From Pseudovirgaria hyperparasitica (lineage: Eukaryota): DNA of 64,000 bases. The position numbers were made by a program, and so were the translations under genes. Location: the NCBI GenBank assembly GCA_010093815.1, contig ML996565.1. The stretch is one strand, 5' to 3'. The notes beneath the pieces are model-generated. The model was not told the origin of the DNA and ran no database searches. It saw only the letters and a list, made by a program, of their open reading frames with translations. This document shows, in pieces, positions 26,811 through 38,439 of this stretch (its first letter is position 1; every line of letters starts with the position of its first letter).

Positions 26811-27232
26811 ATCGACCCGACCCGACCGTCCGGTGCCTGGAAAGATTTGATTTTCAAATCTAAATTCCCGGTTGCGGTGACGGGTATCGGCTGGTACTAC
26901 TAGATTAGGTAGTAGGGCTGAGACCCGAGGACCCTTACTGATGATATTTCCTCAGCTGATGTGGTCTGTAGGGCTGCGTAGTTGAGGGGTGTACTGAAAT
27001 TCCTTTGGGACCAGGGGTGCATTAGGGCGTTTTGCAATTGCCAGCCTTGCGCAAGGCCGGGGTATCCTAGTCGAGACGGTCGGTAGAGCAAGGTGTGAAT
27101 GAAGAGGGGTTATTAGTATTTGTGGTTCCCTAATACATATCGTAGAATTCCTCGGCGGCGTAACATTGGAATGAGTGCCTTCCTTCCCTGAGTAAACTCC
27201 ATATCCGGCGCCGCGGGTCATCCCGCTTTTTT
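26811..27232 (+). ncRNA. Putative structured non-coding RNA, family unassigned (possibly a large H/ACA-type snoRNA)
   Basis: Nested helices with many G-U pairs on the + strand, closed by ccgaccgtc(26822-30)/gacggtcgg(27075-83). Followed by an H-box-like AGAGCA (27085-90), a further hairpin and a T6 run (27227-32). Lies between the convergent ASE1 and CFEM genes with no credible ORF. Confidence 0.55.
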
Positions 27233-27368
27233 CCCAAGCTCAGCGCTCAGATTTAGCACTGGATTAAAGTCGTAATGCAAAATAGCCTCCCTTTTCGTAT
27301 GTCTTCATATGGTAGCATGTACAGGCGCACAGAGCAAAGCTGCGCCGCATCCTCGTCTCAACTGATCG

Positions 27369-29074
27369 TCATACCGTCCTGTCATCAAAGGCCTTGCTCC
27401 TGGAACCCTGCTCCTCGACATCGACGAGCTCAATCTCACTCTCCGCATCGCGTGTCACTATATTTGTCACCGTCTTCAAGATTCCCTTATCGCAGCTGCT
27501 GTTCTCACGCGAGCTGACCCTCTGCGAGTAGTCGCGTCGGTGGTAGTTATTCGGAAAGCGCTTTTTGCCACCGCTGGCGCCGTAGCTGCTGTTTGCGGGG
27601 CGACTTTCCACGAGACCGGGAGCGACGCGTTTGAGCCAGGCGCGGAAGGAGGGTAGGCACGAGCATATTATACAGACGTAGGTTTCGAGGACGGACCAGT
27701 AGACTGTGGCGGTGTTATCGTAGGTCGGGTTTGTGGATGTGGAGTAGCTGACGAGAGCTTGGAGGCGCAAGACGGAGACAATTGTGATACTGCATTATAT
27801 GGTTTAGTGAGCGTTGTCTGGGCAAAGGGCAAATATATGAGAAAGAAGGATGTTGGAAATGTGATAGCGGATGGAAAGAGTGAAAGTTGTGCAGATGAGA
27901 GGTGAAGACGTACAAGAACGCAACTCCAAAGAGCAGCATTATACTAATCTTCTTCTTCCTGCCAACCCTCAAACCCCATAATTCGGGCATCGGTAATGCA
28001 ATGACACAGAGATCCATCGCAATTGTCGTTGCGGCATGACTCCAGGCAACGGCGTTGATATTCGTGCATGAACCCACTTCCCCATCCTGTCGCCACTTCG
28101 TCCACGTGAACGAAATAGGCCTGCAGTTGAAAATAACTGCGAGGGCAAACGAGAGCCCGTGTAGGGTATTAACGACTATGAGGATGATAGTGAGGCGCCG
28201 GAGAGTGGTGCGTGGGAAGATGCGTAGGTAGAAGAAGAGGAAGGACATGCGTGTGAAGCAGAGCGTCGTGACGTAAGAGAATTCGCCAACCCAGATTGCC
28301 TGTGGGAGCAGATTAGTTGTATACCGAGCAAGGGACTGAGGGCGTAATACGGCTTGTGCAGAGGGTGGGCGAGCGAGACACATACCTTGATGACCATTGT
28401 GATAGAGTGTGGCGAGAGTGTCCATATGTCTTTGCCCAGACCATAGATGTAGTAGAAGGCTACCATGACAACGAGTGGTACGGCTGCGAGCTACATCCGA
28501 GTGTCCATTGTTAGCTCACCGAAATCGTTACACGTCCTAAACCTTTGAAAGAGAGAGAGAGAACGTACAAATCCCAAAAGCACACACAGCATCTCGACCG
28601 CGTTCGTCTGATCAGTCACCAACGCTCTCACGCCTATGAACAGTACAGCAAAGCTGCCGCATACAGCAGTCATGATGACAGGTATCTTGCGAACATCGCG
28701 AACAGGCTCGTTGCACATTGTCGCGGAGGCATTTCTCGACGCTAAGAATCGTCAGATATACCGTCTGCGCTGGGCTGAAGAGATAACATACCTAGAGCAT
28801 CAACAACGCTACATGTTTGCAGTACACAGGCGCCAGCTGTTGCTTGTAAGGTAGCATCTGCGCAGATACATGGTACGTCGTTGGGAGCGCAGGTAGACGA
28901 CTGAAGAGCTCCAATCAAGCATTTTGTCTGTGTAACACAAGATCAGTCACCCGATTCGTTCGAAGGATGCCCGGCGGTAATACTTACACCGCACTCTGGG
29001 GGTGGTGCTTGTGCTGCCACAAAAATACATTGAGTGAGCAGCGCTACCACGCCTAGCAGGCCAGCGACCTTCAT
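27369..29074 (-). CDS. CFEM-domain PTH11-like GPCR / integral membrane protein
   Basis: Exons 29074-28988, 28927-28792, 28741-28569, 28490-28386, 28299-27914, 27789-27369, in frame. Signal peptide; 8-Cys CFEM (PPECGTKC..C..DVPCIC..C...C..C); rhodopsin-like TM region (GLGKDIW, RMSFLFFYLRIF, CRPISFTW, D...IALP, WSVLETYVCIICSCLP). Confidence 0.9.
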
Positions 29075-29924
29075 AACGACACCGGAGCTTGAACGAACGG
29101 CTAGTCAAAATGACGCCCTGCTAACAGAGCAGCGTGAGGGTATAATTATATCTTCTCTGGCAATGTGCCAGGGGAGGTTGCATGTTGCATGTCTAGGCCG
29201 TCGTAAGCAAGTTCGGTTGAGTCAGGTCCAGGGCCGAAAAGATAGAATGCATCTGTTAGACTAGCCATGGTCTGCAGACTAGAATCGTTCAGTTCACATT
29301 AGCGCGATTAAAGTTTGGTCCGTGGCGATATATGGGGCCTTTTGGGGAAGACGAAAGGACAGCTTCGAAGCGGCACGGCACAGCACAGCACAGCAGAAGA
29401 GACTACTGTATTAGGCGGCCTTGCAGTCGCGAGCAAACGGTCCGATTGGCAGTGCACATTCGAAGAAGTCTCCTATATCTAGTCCTGCGTGGCAGCCACA
29501 TATCGCCTCTGAATCTTAATCCATGGTTGGGCGGTCATATCGTAACTGTGTAGTGAAAGGATCCCCGCATACCAGAGACATGGAGGCTGAATCAGCAGTT
29601 GCGGAGTCCCCCCGGCCACCGTCCGTTCTACCGCAGGTACCGTAGACACATACCTGGAAGATGGATGAGCAAGCTAGTCCCAACTTAGTGCAGTGCGGAG
29701 GAGGATCAACTATTTGATTCGTCAAGGGGCTATCAGCTCTTGTACTGTGTATGTCTGAGGTCAAAGCTGGCGACACATCGGACTGGGGATCCTGCACGAG
29801 CCAGGCTCATGCTGAGCTACACTAGATCTAGCGTTCCGTCTTTGACAATCAGCGAATCAGAGAGACGCGTGCTTTAGACGAACCGTCCGTTCGGCACGGG
29901 CGGCTCCGTGCTCGAGCTTCTAGG

Positions 29925-30420
29925 GCTATACTTAGGGCCAAACCTTGATAGAGTATTTCAATCTAGATTACTAAGGAGTAGAGAGTAAATATCTACTAGA
30001 GAAACTGTCTCTTATAAGTATAATATAAATATAAATCTAAGTATAATAGTAGTTTTAAATTTTAATAAGAAAAATTAAATATTCTTATTAGTAATAATAT
30101 AACTTAATTTTAGCTCTAGATAATATAGATTTAAGAGATTCGAAATTCTATTCTAGAATTTTTTTTAATAACTCTTTACTACTAGTACTTCTTACTCTAG
30201 TAAAGTAATATATAAATTAGTATATATACTCTTATATAAACTAGATATAGATACTCTAAGTCTTATTATTTAAGTATAATACTAGAAACTTATTAGTAGA
30301 AGTCTTACTTAGACTTATTATTATTTTATTTTTAAGATATTAATCTACTAAAGCTATACTAGTACTAATACTAAGCTACTATGTTAAGTCTTATCTTCTG
30401 TTTTCTAATCGCTTACATAA
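29925..30420. mobile_element. AT-rich, RIP-degraded repeat/transposon relic (class not identifiable)
   Basis: Abrupt drop in GC. Between ~30008 and ~30380 I see no CA or TG dinucleotides, and remaining C/G occur almost only as CT/AG with abundant TA. This is the signature of repeat-induced point mutation. Confidence 0.8.
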
Positions 30421-31850
30421 TAGCAACTAGTCCTCCAAGGGACATACACGGTACCGCTCTGTTTGTTTGACTATGTGGAGGTACATAATAGATAACCGCC
30501 TTGCTGTTATCTATAGTAGTATCCAGCAATGGTGGATCGCTAACATCGGACAGTGGACACCCGGTGGATACAGCTGACGAGCTCGCAGCCGCCCACCTCA
30601 CGGAGCCTCGCCTCTGACAGTGAGCGAACGCTCCCGCTCCCGCTGATCTAGAGGCAGTCGCCACGAACAGCCGGGCGCCGTGCACCGGGCTCCGCGCCTC
30701 CACCTGCATACTTCACACTACAATTGGCAATGAATAGACAATGGACACTGCTCGATGCACAACCCACTATCGGCAGACCTAGCCATGACCCTCGGATCGG
30801 GGCGCGTGCTATAACATGTTAGTGTGTACTGTATACATGTGGATTTGCCCCACCGATATCGAGCCAGTGAGAGCGCTCACGAGCTCGCTTCCATCAGGGG
30901 GTGGTGTACCCAAAAGTCGCCGTCGTTTCAGCTCAGCACATACAGTAGTCACAAGCGTTAGGCGACTTTAAGCACGTCAAATCCCTCTCCCAAGATCTGT
31001 ATAGAATCAATCCAATAGTCGTGAAGACCTAGAGAGTTTCAATGCTATCTCTCGTCTTCTTTTGTTGTTCTCATGTAATCAGTAACATCGTATGTGTGGT
31101 ACATCATGTCTCGAGGGAGTTCCTCACTTCTGTTACGTACCGTCTTGGTTCGGTCCATGGGTACAACTCACGCAATGTTTCATCTTTACTTACTTCCACA
31201 GACAAGTTACAACGATATCCCCAGGTCATTGATACTCAGGCAACAACCTGGGGCCAAAGTACTCTTGGACGGCTTCAATACCTTATATACATTAGTTACT
31301 TCTAACAAAGCACGGATCAGACAGTCAACATCCTACTAGGGGCTGGGCACTCTCAGCTCGGCTTCGGATTATTGCACCGATTGCGACAAAAGTATCTAAT
31401 ATACCTTGAGGAACCCAGTGCTCAGCATGGATTAAAGTTTCGATTCTTGTACCTTTTAACGCACACTTTCTCTGTCTGTTGTACCGCTTCGAAGGGGGGG
31501 TCACTGCACTACTGCGTTAGTTGAACCTTCCACCGCAGCCAGGACAATAACTGGTTAGAGCTGACGATCCAGAACCCTATTCGTCTTTTAGATTGGCCGG
31601 AGATGAACGGTCTTTTTTCGTTATCTACAGCAACCAATTCGGAATGCGGAGTGGCGGGTCTAAGATGTATTTTTGTATACTGCTGCCCAAATTGTTTGCA
31701 GTGTTGGTATTAAGATGCGCCAGGCCCCCAGCCTCAGCCCCATGCGTGAAAGTCAATTTGTGGCTACTACAAGTGTTTGGGTATCTGTCAAATTACAGTT
31801 CGAGAGATAATAAGAGTCTTGGAGTATGACAGCAGATAATCCCAACGACG

Positions 31851-33533
31851 TCAGCGAACCACTACAGATCGAACAATCGTGGTATCAATGCCATGCAGCT
31901 CAACGGGGAACCGACAATCTTCGCCAAAGATGCAATTTTTCCCTCCACAGGCGCCGCTCTTCGCAGGTGCAGGACATCGATGGCCGTAAATACATTTCAA
32001 ATCTTCACACGCGCTGCCGTAACTACATGGCGCCATACGAGCCACGAGTCGCAGCGTCCCAAGCTCACTTTGGGTTGGCTTGTAGTCATGATAGTGAGTA
32101 CAGTCCTTTCCATAGCGACATTCCTGTCGGAGGAAGTGTACGTTGCACATCTTAATCTCCTTTACTCTGTCCACCTCTTTCTTGTCATACGTACGGGAGA
32201 TTGGATCAACTCTCTGCCCGGCTCTGTTGCGAGGGATGGTGCCGGGCGCGAGAGCTATAGCCTTCGGAGGAGGTGTTGAAGTGCGATCAGGTAAGATCGC
32301 AGCTTGTTTCGCCGCAGATGCCCATGTGAATACGGGCGTTGTAACCGTGCTGCTTGGCGTCGCGACCGAAGAAGAGAACGATGCTGCTCTGGAGTCACTC
32401 CTTTCGTCCATCAGGCCTGGAGAAGTGCTTATGCCGGAAGCGAATGACCCGTTGCCATTTCCAAAAAGTTGCAGTTTATGCTTGCCAGTTGCAAACCCTG
32501 CGTCACGAAATACTCCCGCAAACTTCTCTGTGGCGAAAGGTAGGGATCTAAATTCACTTGCCAAAGGAGGGCCTTCAATCAATGTGACTTTTGAATCGAG
32601 TCCTGTGTTCGCAAGGTGGTCAAAAATATGAATAAAGCTTGAGTCGTGCGCACATCCGAGTAAGATCTGTTGGCACATATGATCACTAGCATAACTCTTG
32701 AATGCTTCTATGATTAACCTTAGTATACTGCAACGACGCCAGTTGAGAGGACCATTCGACGCATGACGTACCTGAGATCTTCTTGAGCACCCGAGTTCGA
32801 TCGGAGCCAATGTCAATCACCTCAAAATCTTCGACAGAGTTCCCAACGGCATACAGAAAATCACGAACGTCTGCGATGCTATTGACAATACCAGCAGCCA
32901 AACAAGTCTCAGCAAGATCTTGGGTGTCGACGTAAATCCTGACTACATATTTCATCTCGTTGACGGTTGGAATAGCATCCCGCAGATTGTGTGGAAGTCG
33001 ATCTCGTAAGTGCTGCACAAATCTAGAGACGCCATCGCAGAGGGCTTCTGCCGCTGGCTTCCCTCCCTGACCACCAGCCTGAACAAAACCATCTTGGAAC
33101 GGTAGCCCGTTGCCGTCTATGAGTGTAACAACTTTGCTTTCGCGGCGTGCGTATTCAGTCAAAGTGGCACTTCTCGTCTTAATATCTTCAATCTCGTTAA
33201 GACAGTTTCTTATAAATGCCTTGTAACCGTCAGACTCTGTTTTGGAGACTTTGAGGGCTACGATGGTGTCCTAGAAAGGATTAGTGGAGCGCATGGCGGA
33301 GGCAACCTAGCTAGAGCAGGACCCACACTGAGTAACTGAGATCTCTCCGTCTCGTAGATATGCACTCTCTGGGCTCTTTCACTTTCATACTGTTCCAGTC
33401 GTGCCAGTCGCTCATAGAGGCTCTCGGGCGACGTGGCGCTTGGGCTTCTGACGGGATTGTGGGCTTCGGATGGGCTGGAAGAGCTGCCATTATTCCATGC
33501 GCTGCGCGCAGGCGAGTTCGCTAAGGAAGGCAT
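31851..33533 (-). CDS. Tandem CCCH zinc-finger protein with N-terminal coiled coil and DUF7923-like (LIDG.G) domain
   Basis: Exons 33533-33327, 33270-32772, 32707-31851, in frame. VVTLIDGNG..F...FV..G..GG..AA; CQQILLGCAHDSSF; RNRAGQRVD; CNVHFLRQECRYGKDCTHYH; CSYGSACEDLKCIYGH. Confidence 0.88.
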
Positions 33534-34524
33534 GATGTCTTCCCTCAGCGAAGGAAGCGTGTATGCAGTAGCGACGGGAACAACGACACTTGGATGATTT
33601 ATGAGAGCGCAGAGTTGTAGCAGGTAGAAGAAAGGGTCGAAGGACGACGGTGGGACGAAAAGTGCGTGGAGAATTCAGTGAAATAAAAAAAAGTAAGTCG
33701 GGACAGAGTTACGCCTGCGACGGTGACGAGAAAAGGAATTCAGAAGCCAGAAAACGTCTGCGGGCGGCTAAATATGGGTAACGCTCTTCACGAGAGTCGG
33801 TGGCAGAACAGCCTCAGTAATGCAGCACGACTTCTTACAGGTGGTTTGGCGAGGAAGGATGGCTTGTCTATCTAAACATGAGGCCGCACGAAGATGTGTT
33901 GGACTACGAAATTACAGACGATAGGTGCGCGCACACAAACACGTCTGGGCCCGGTGAAACGAGGCGAACCAAGGAAGCGCTGGTCCAACACTGCATGATA
34001 CAGTAAATCTTGACTGTCAGTACGCGCCCAGTAACCGCGCGAGACTCTGACGGCTAATTACGCAAGGGATAGAATTGAGGCGGATGTGGAATGGATGAAT
34101 GGATAGATGGGACGGGATTTGGGGGAATATGTCTATAATTCCATGGAGTTGTCGGGTACTCGCTCAATAGCGACAGTGACAGCGACGATAGGTAGACGGT
34201 CGCTTTGGCTGAATTCCACGTCAACAACATTCACCAAGTTGATGATCAACTCCCAGTTCACGTCAGAGTCTACGAGTCCTTCAAGAAAATATTGTTGTGT
34301 GTATATATATATACCTTACAACCTAAGGTAATTAAATAGTTCATGTTGCTACACCGAGGGCGGCTTAGTGCCCTGTGGGGGACACTCCGGCTGTCTTCGA
34401 GATGCCACGACGCCTGAAAGCCATCTACATAATTTCATCCTTCACTTCATTTGCAGACCTAGGCTTGCACCCAGATCCAGCGTGGAAAGTCTCGTCTTCG
34501 CATCTGCTCGGCCAATCCATCGTT

Positions 34525-35488
34525 ATGGTTGCCTTTACTTTCACTTCTTTGGCACTTCTCGCCTTGCAGACTCTCAGCGTCCTCGCTGCTGATGAAGTAA
34601 CTGTAAGTACTGCACCACCGCTACCGTCGCGCAGCCTCTCACGATTGGGTATCGTCTCATCTGCAGGTTCCACTGCTAATACTGTTCGATAGGCAGACAC
34701 TCTGGCCGAAGGTGTCGAGGGCAGCATCAAGCTCGCCACCGTCGCGAGGTTTCCACAGTCTGAAATATTTGGTGTGAAGCTCGTGAATGGACATCCGACT
34801 CAATGCGTGATTGACGTCCAGAACAATGAACTCGAACCTGTTACCGTTCTCCTCGTCGGTGGTTCTCTGAATACGATCAATGGTCCTGATCAGATTGTCC
34901 GCAATCTCACCATGCAGCGCCCCGGTGTTCAGATTCCAGCTGGGGAGAAACAGAGCATCACATACAGCTTCGCCACAGAGCTTCATCCTCAAGACCTTCG
35001 CCTTCACCTTACAAGCGTCGTCCAAGACTCAAAGGATGGGATCCACATTGTTCAGGTTTACAACGAGACTGTCTCCGTGGTTGAGGCGCCCACCAGCATC
35101 TTTGATCCTCAAATGTACGTTGCCGGCCAAGTGCATCATATATAAGCCGCGCACTAATATCGCTCCCTACAGCATCTTCCTCTACATCGTCCTCGCTGCA
35201 GCCTTCAGTGGTACGTGCTACTTCATTTACAGTACCTGGTTCGCGACTTTATTCCCCCAAAAGCGCCGTGGTGGCAAAGGCGGAGAGCGCGCCAAATATT
35301 CGTCCAACGGCTCAAAGAAGGTCGACCCAACCGACCAGGCTTCAGTCGTTGGTGCGGATGGACCTGCTGTTACCAGTGGCTCCAAGGTATACGATGAAAG
35401 CTGGATCCCTGCCTCCCACTTGCAGCGCCCTGAAGCTCGCCGCATCGGCAGTGGCAGAAGCACACCCAAGACGAAGCGCGCCGCCTAA
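34525..35488 (+). CDS. IRC22: Translocon-associated protein alpha (signal sequence receptor alpha; Irc22-like)
   Basis: Exons 34525-34602, 34693-35114, 35173-35488. Signal peptide, FPQSEIFGVKLVNG, IVRNLT, YSFATELHPQDLRL, VSVVEAPTSIFDPQIIFLY, TM segment, YDESWIP..HL. Confidence 0.88.
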
Positions 35489-36400
35489 GTCAAGTCTTTA
35501 CAAACTAAAGGGTGTTTGGATAGCAACAAAAGTTTTGGTGATGTACCCTGAGTCGAATTTGAAATGCGACCAGGTTCGCGGATTGGCATGCGAGCAAGTC
35601 CAACGTTCCTCGCTCACCGCTAACCCGAAACAAATGTATTAAAGCCTAGGTGTACCAGTAGCTATTAAGTAGGCACATGATCTGCGCGTATGTCATTGGA
35701 AGAGATCGCTCACACTTGGCCCCGGAGCCGTATAGCTAGCCATTGTACATGTACAGATCATTCGGTCATAGTAATTCTCCGAGCAATGGCGTTTTACCAA
35801 TGCGTTTGACCAATGTGCTCGAGATATCCTGGGCCAACACACGATATGACATCTCTGTCCACATATGAAGCAGGCCGGTCCAGTTAGGATTCTTGGAATA
35901 CTAGCATTATTGTGTGTGCAATTGGTTGTATTTTCAGCACGAGGATCACCGTACACGAGTCACATTCCCATGATTAGGGTTTCTACAAATGGCTGGCACG
36001 GCACGGTAAGGCAGAAGACCTCGTATTAAAGCTATCCCTTTCGACGCCCTGTCGAACGTGCAAAGTACACTGGGCAAAAATTATAGCTTTTGGCCCCGCG
36101 CTGCTGGTCTCTCAGACCCCACCTTCATACTGATTCGCCGATGATAGATCGAGCATCGTAAATCGTAAATGCGCCCAACTCCTAGAGTCTTTTTGACATC
36201 TGCCTCGCGTCCACGAGACCTTGTCATCGTTCTGTCCATTGTCACCTCTCTTTCTATTTCATTTCTGTCGCTCCGTCTCTCGAAGCTCGGAACCTACGGT
36301 GCCATCGCCTATTATGCGTCGACTTCTCCCACACCCACAAACATACATCGTGACTTTGCTCAACGGCACTTGATCGGGCTTACACTTGACACGCGACACC

Positions 36401-37456
36401 ATGGACAACCTTAGACGTCACCACTCCGTCGGCGAATCCTTACGTCCCAGTTTCTCTCACCGTCATGCGGTCGAAGACACTGAGTGGTACTCCACGCCCT
36501 CAGTCCACAACACGCCTCCATATGCACAAGTAGACAGTACTCGTCCATCGGATGCTACCACGATAGACGAAGCTCCCGACCATCCACCCACGTACACCGC
36601 GTCAGACAATCTCCTCCCATCTTATGCGCCTGCCGACCCCTCGATCCCTCTCCAAACCTACACCCTCGTCCAAGTCTCACGCAGCCTACAAATCCTCCTC
36701 CCAACCACTCCGTCAACCTCCCAACCAGCGTACCGCCTCATAACACGCTCATCACCCAAGCTCTTCAGCAAAAGAGCAGATATCACACTCGTGCGTAGCA
36801 CTGCAGCTACATACAGCACGAAGATCGTACCAGAATGTGACGTTGAAGTCGCACATGCAAACTACAACGACGCTCCCATTCTCCCCTGGATGCCACGCGG
36901 CACAATCACGACGAGATATGCTCCTACTGACATAGGACTTGGCGATGCAGAGCGTGTGAGCAGGACGTATACACTGCCTATGCAGAGCCGAAACTTCAAG
37001 GACTGGACGATTGCATTCGCTCTCCCGTCCTCCCACAACTCCGACGACGGTAATCCAGGACAGCATGCAGGACCCGCAATGTACGTATGGCGCCTCACAC
37101 CCCTGCCTAGCCCCACATTCACACTGATGCACCTGAACGCGGATGTGAATGCACCCATAGCGACATTTACTCACACCGTCCTCGGCACCCGCGCTACCTC
37201 TGGCGCCGAAGTTGGTCACTTGCATATCCACATCGTTCACGTCTTGCCCGCGGGTCCGGATGTCGAGATGGTAATGGCGAGTCTGGCGCTTGTCATGGGC
37301 CATTTCAGACGCATTGGCAGGCAGCATTATGGTGTTGCCAGGGGGTTTGATCATTTTGGTGCCGATACGCGGGAAGTTAGAGGTGTGGGTCCTCGTACGG
37401 GACAGAGTACAGCTGTTCCGACGAGAAGCCTGAGCGTGGCCGATGGGCGTGTATGA
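36401..37456 (+). CDS. Hypothetical protein (351 aa) with N-terminal PY motifs and a beta-rich C-terminal domain
   Basis: Intronless ORF with a good ATG context (caccATGg). PPTY and LPSY motifs, then alternating beta-type segments and a terminal amphipathic helix. Confidence 0.75.
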   Translation: MDNLRRHHSVGESLRPSFSHRHAVEDTEWYSTPSVHNTPPYAQVDSTRPSDATTIDEAPDHPPTYTASDNLLPSYAPADPSIPLQTYTLVQVSRSLQILLPTTPSTSQPAYRLITRSSPKLFSKRADITLVRSTAATYSTKIVPECDVEVAHANYNDAPILPWMPRGTITTRYAPTDIGLGDAERVSRTYTLPMQSRNFKDWTIAFALPSSHNSDDGNPGQHAGPAMYVWRLTPLPSPTFTLMHLNADVNAPIATFTHTVLGTRATSGAEVGHLHIHIVHVLPAGPDVEMVMASLALVMGHFRRIGRQHYGVARGFDHFGADTREVRGVGPRTGQSTAVPTRSLSVADGRV

Positions 37457-38439
37457 GATACGAAGGCTGGTTGATGGGATGGAATAGTGATCAGGGGATG
37501 TGGAGACGAATATGGTTTCGAGGGGTTATTCTTGTAGTATTCTGATCGTGATTGACCGCCGCAGAGATGGATTTCTGGACAGATAGTGAATGAAACTGCC
37601 AAATCTCAACATGAGTTCATTTCCGATCTCGTCATAAGTCGCGATATGCCTTCGCCTCGCCCATTTGTAGCTGCCGTCTAAACTTTCCCACAACCAGAGG
37701 TCAAGTCAATACTTTCAGGAGCCCCCGCTAGACCTGAAAGTACCGTATCTGTGGAAAGAAAATAATTGTCACACCATACTTACACTTATCGTTTCTTGTG
37801 CAATAGACTCTTTCTAGGGTCCGGATGAGTCTAATCTAGTATAAATATATCAGCTTAACCAGGGCCATATGTTGCATCTACCCTAATACGCTGCTCATCT
37901 CTGGCGCCTCTCTAGATTACGACAAGAAAGGACGGAAGAAGTCCTTTTACTACTGATTGATACTTATGTAAGCTATAAGAAGCGCTACCCACTCTGATAG
38001 TAGATTGTTCTATAGCATAACCTGGTATCAGCTAGTAACTTGATTGCAAAGCGATGATTACCTTCTATGTTACCTGTCAACGCTTCCATATTAGGAGGAC
38101 TGCTCATGAGCGGAATGTGATACGTGTGTACCGAGCCTGAATGTAACGTACACGCTTTCTGATATCTTGCCTTCTGGGGCTATACATTGACTCTGGACGC
38201 GGCTGCCACTACACTGGAGCTAGCGCCTATGTTATATTGAAAAATAGGCTTCGAGTACGCTCATATGGTTTAAACTTCTACAGTTACACGGCCGAGTAAG
38301 CCTCTATAAAAGGGCCGTATATACATAGGATAGGAGTACCTCCATCGATACACTGTTAGTTCTGGAAAAAATACTACAATTTGACTGAGAGCGGGACAAC
38401 ATAGTTCAGTGAAGCCTAGATGTACTACAAATCGTGTAA

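Noticed and set aside
27145..27203. ATTCCTC...AAACTCCAT, resembling snR30/U17 m1/m2 motifs
   Set aside because: Both deviate from AUAUUCCUA/AAACCAU, and there is no closing stem or ACA after m2, so the structured RNA was not called snR30.
26811..27221. Assignment of the structured element to RNase P/MRP, SRP RNA or U3
   Set aside because: No proper CR-I/CR-V P4 pair, no SRP Alu UGUAA or helix-8 motif, and no U3 box A.
36752..37354. Long antisense ORFs (this 200-aa one; also 39819-40442, 3415-3996, 49283-49846, 59193-59780)
   Set aside because: They are shadows of real genes on the opposite strand, with no recognisable domains.
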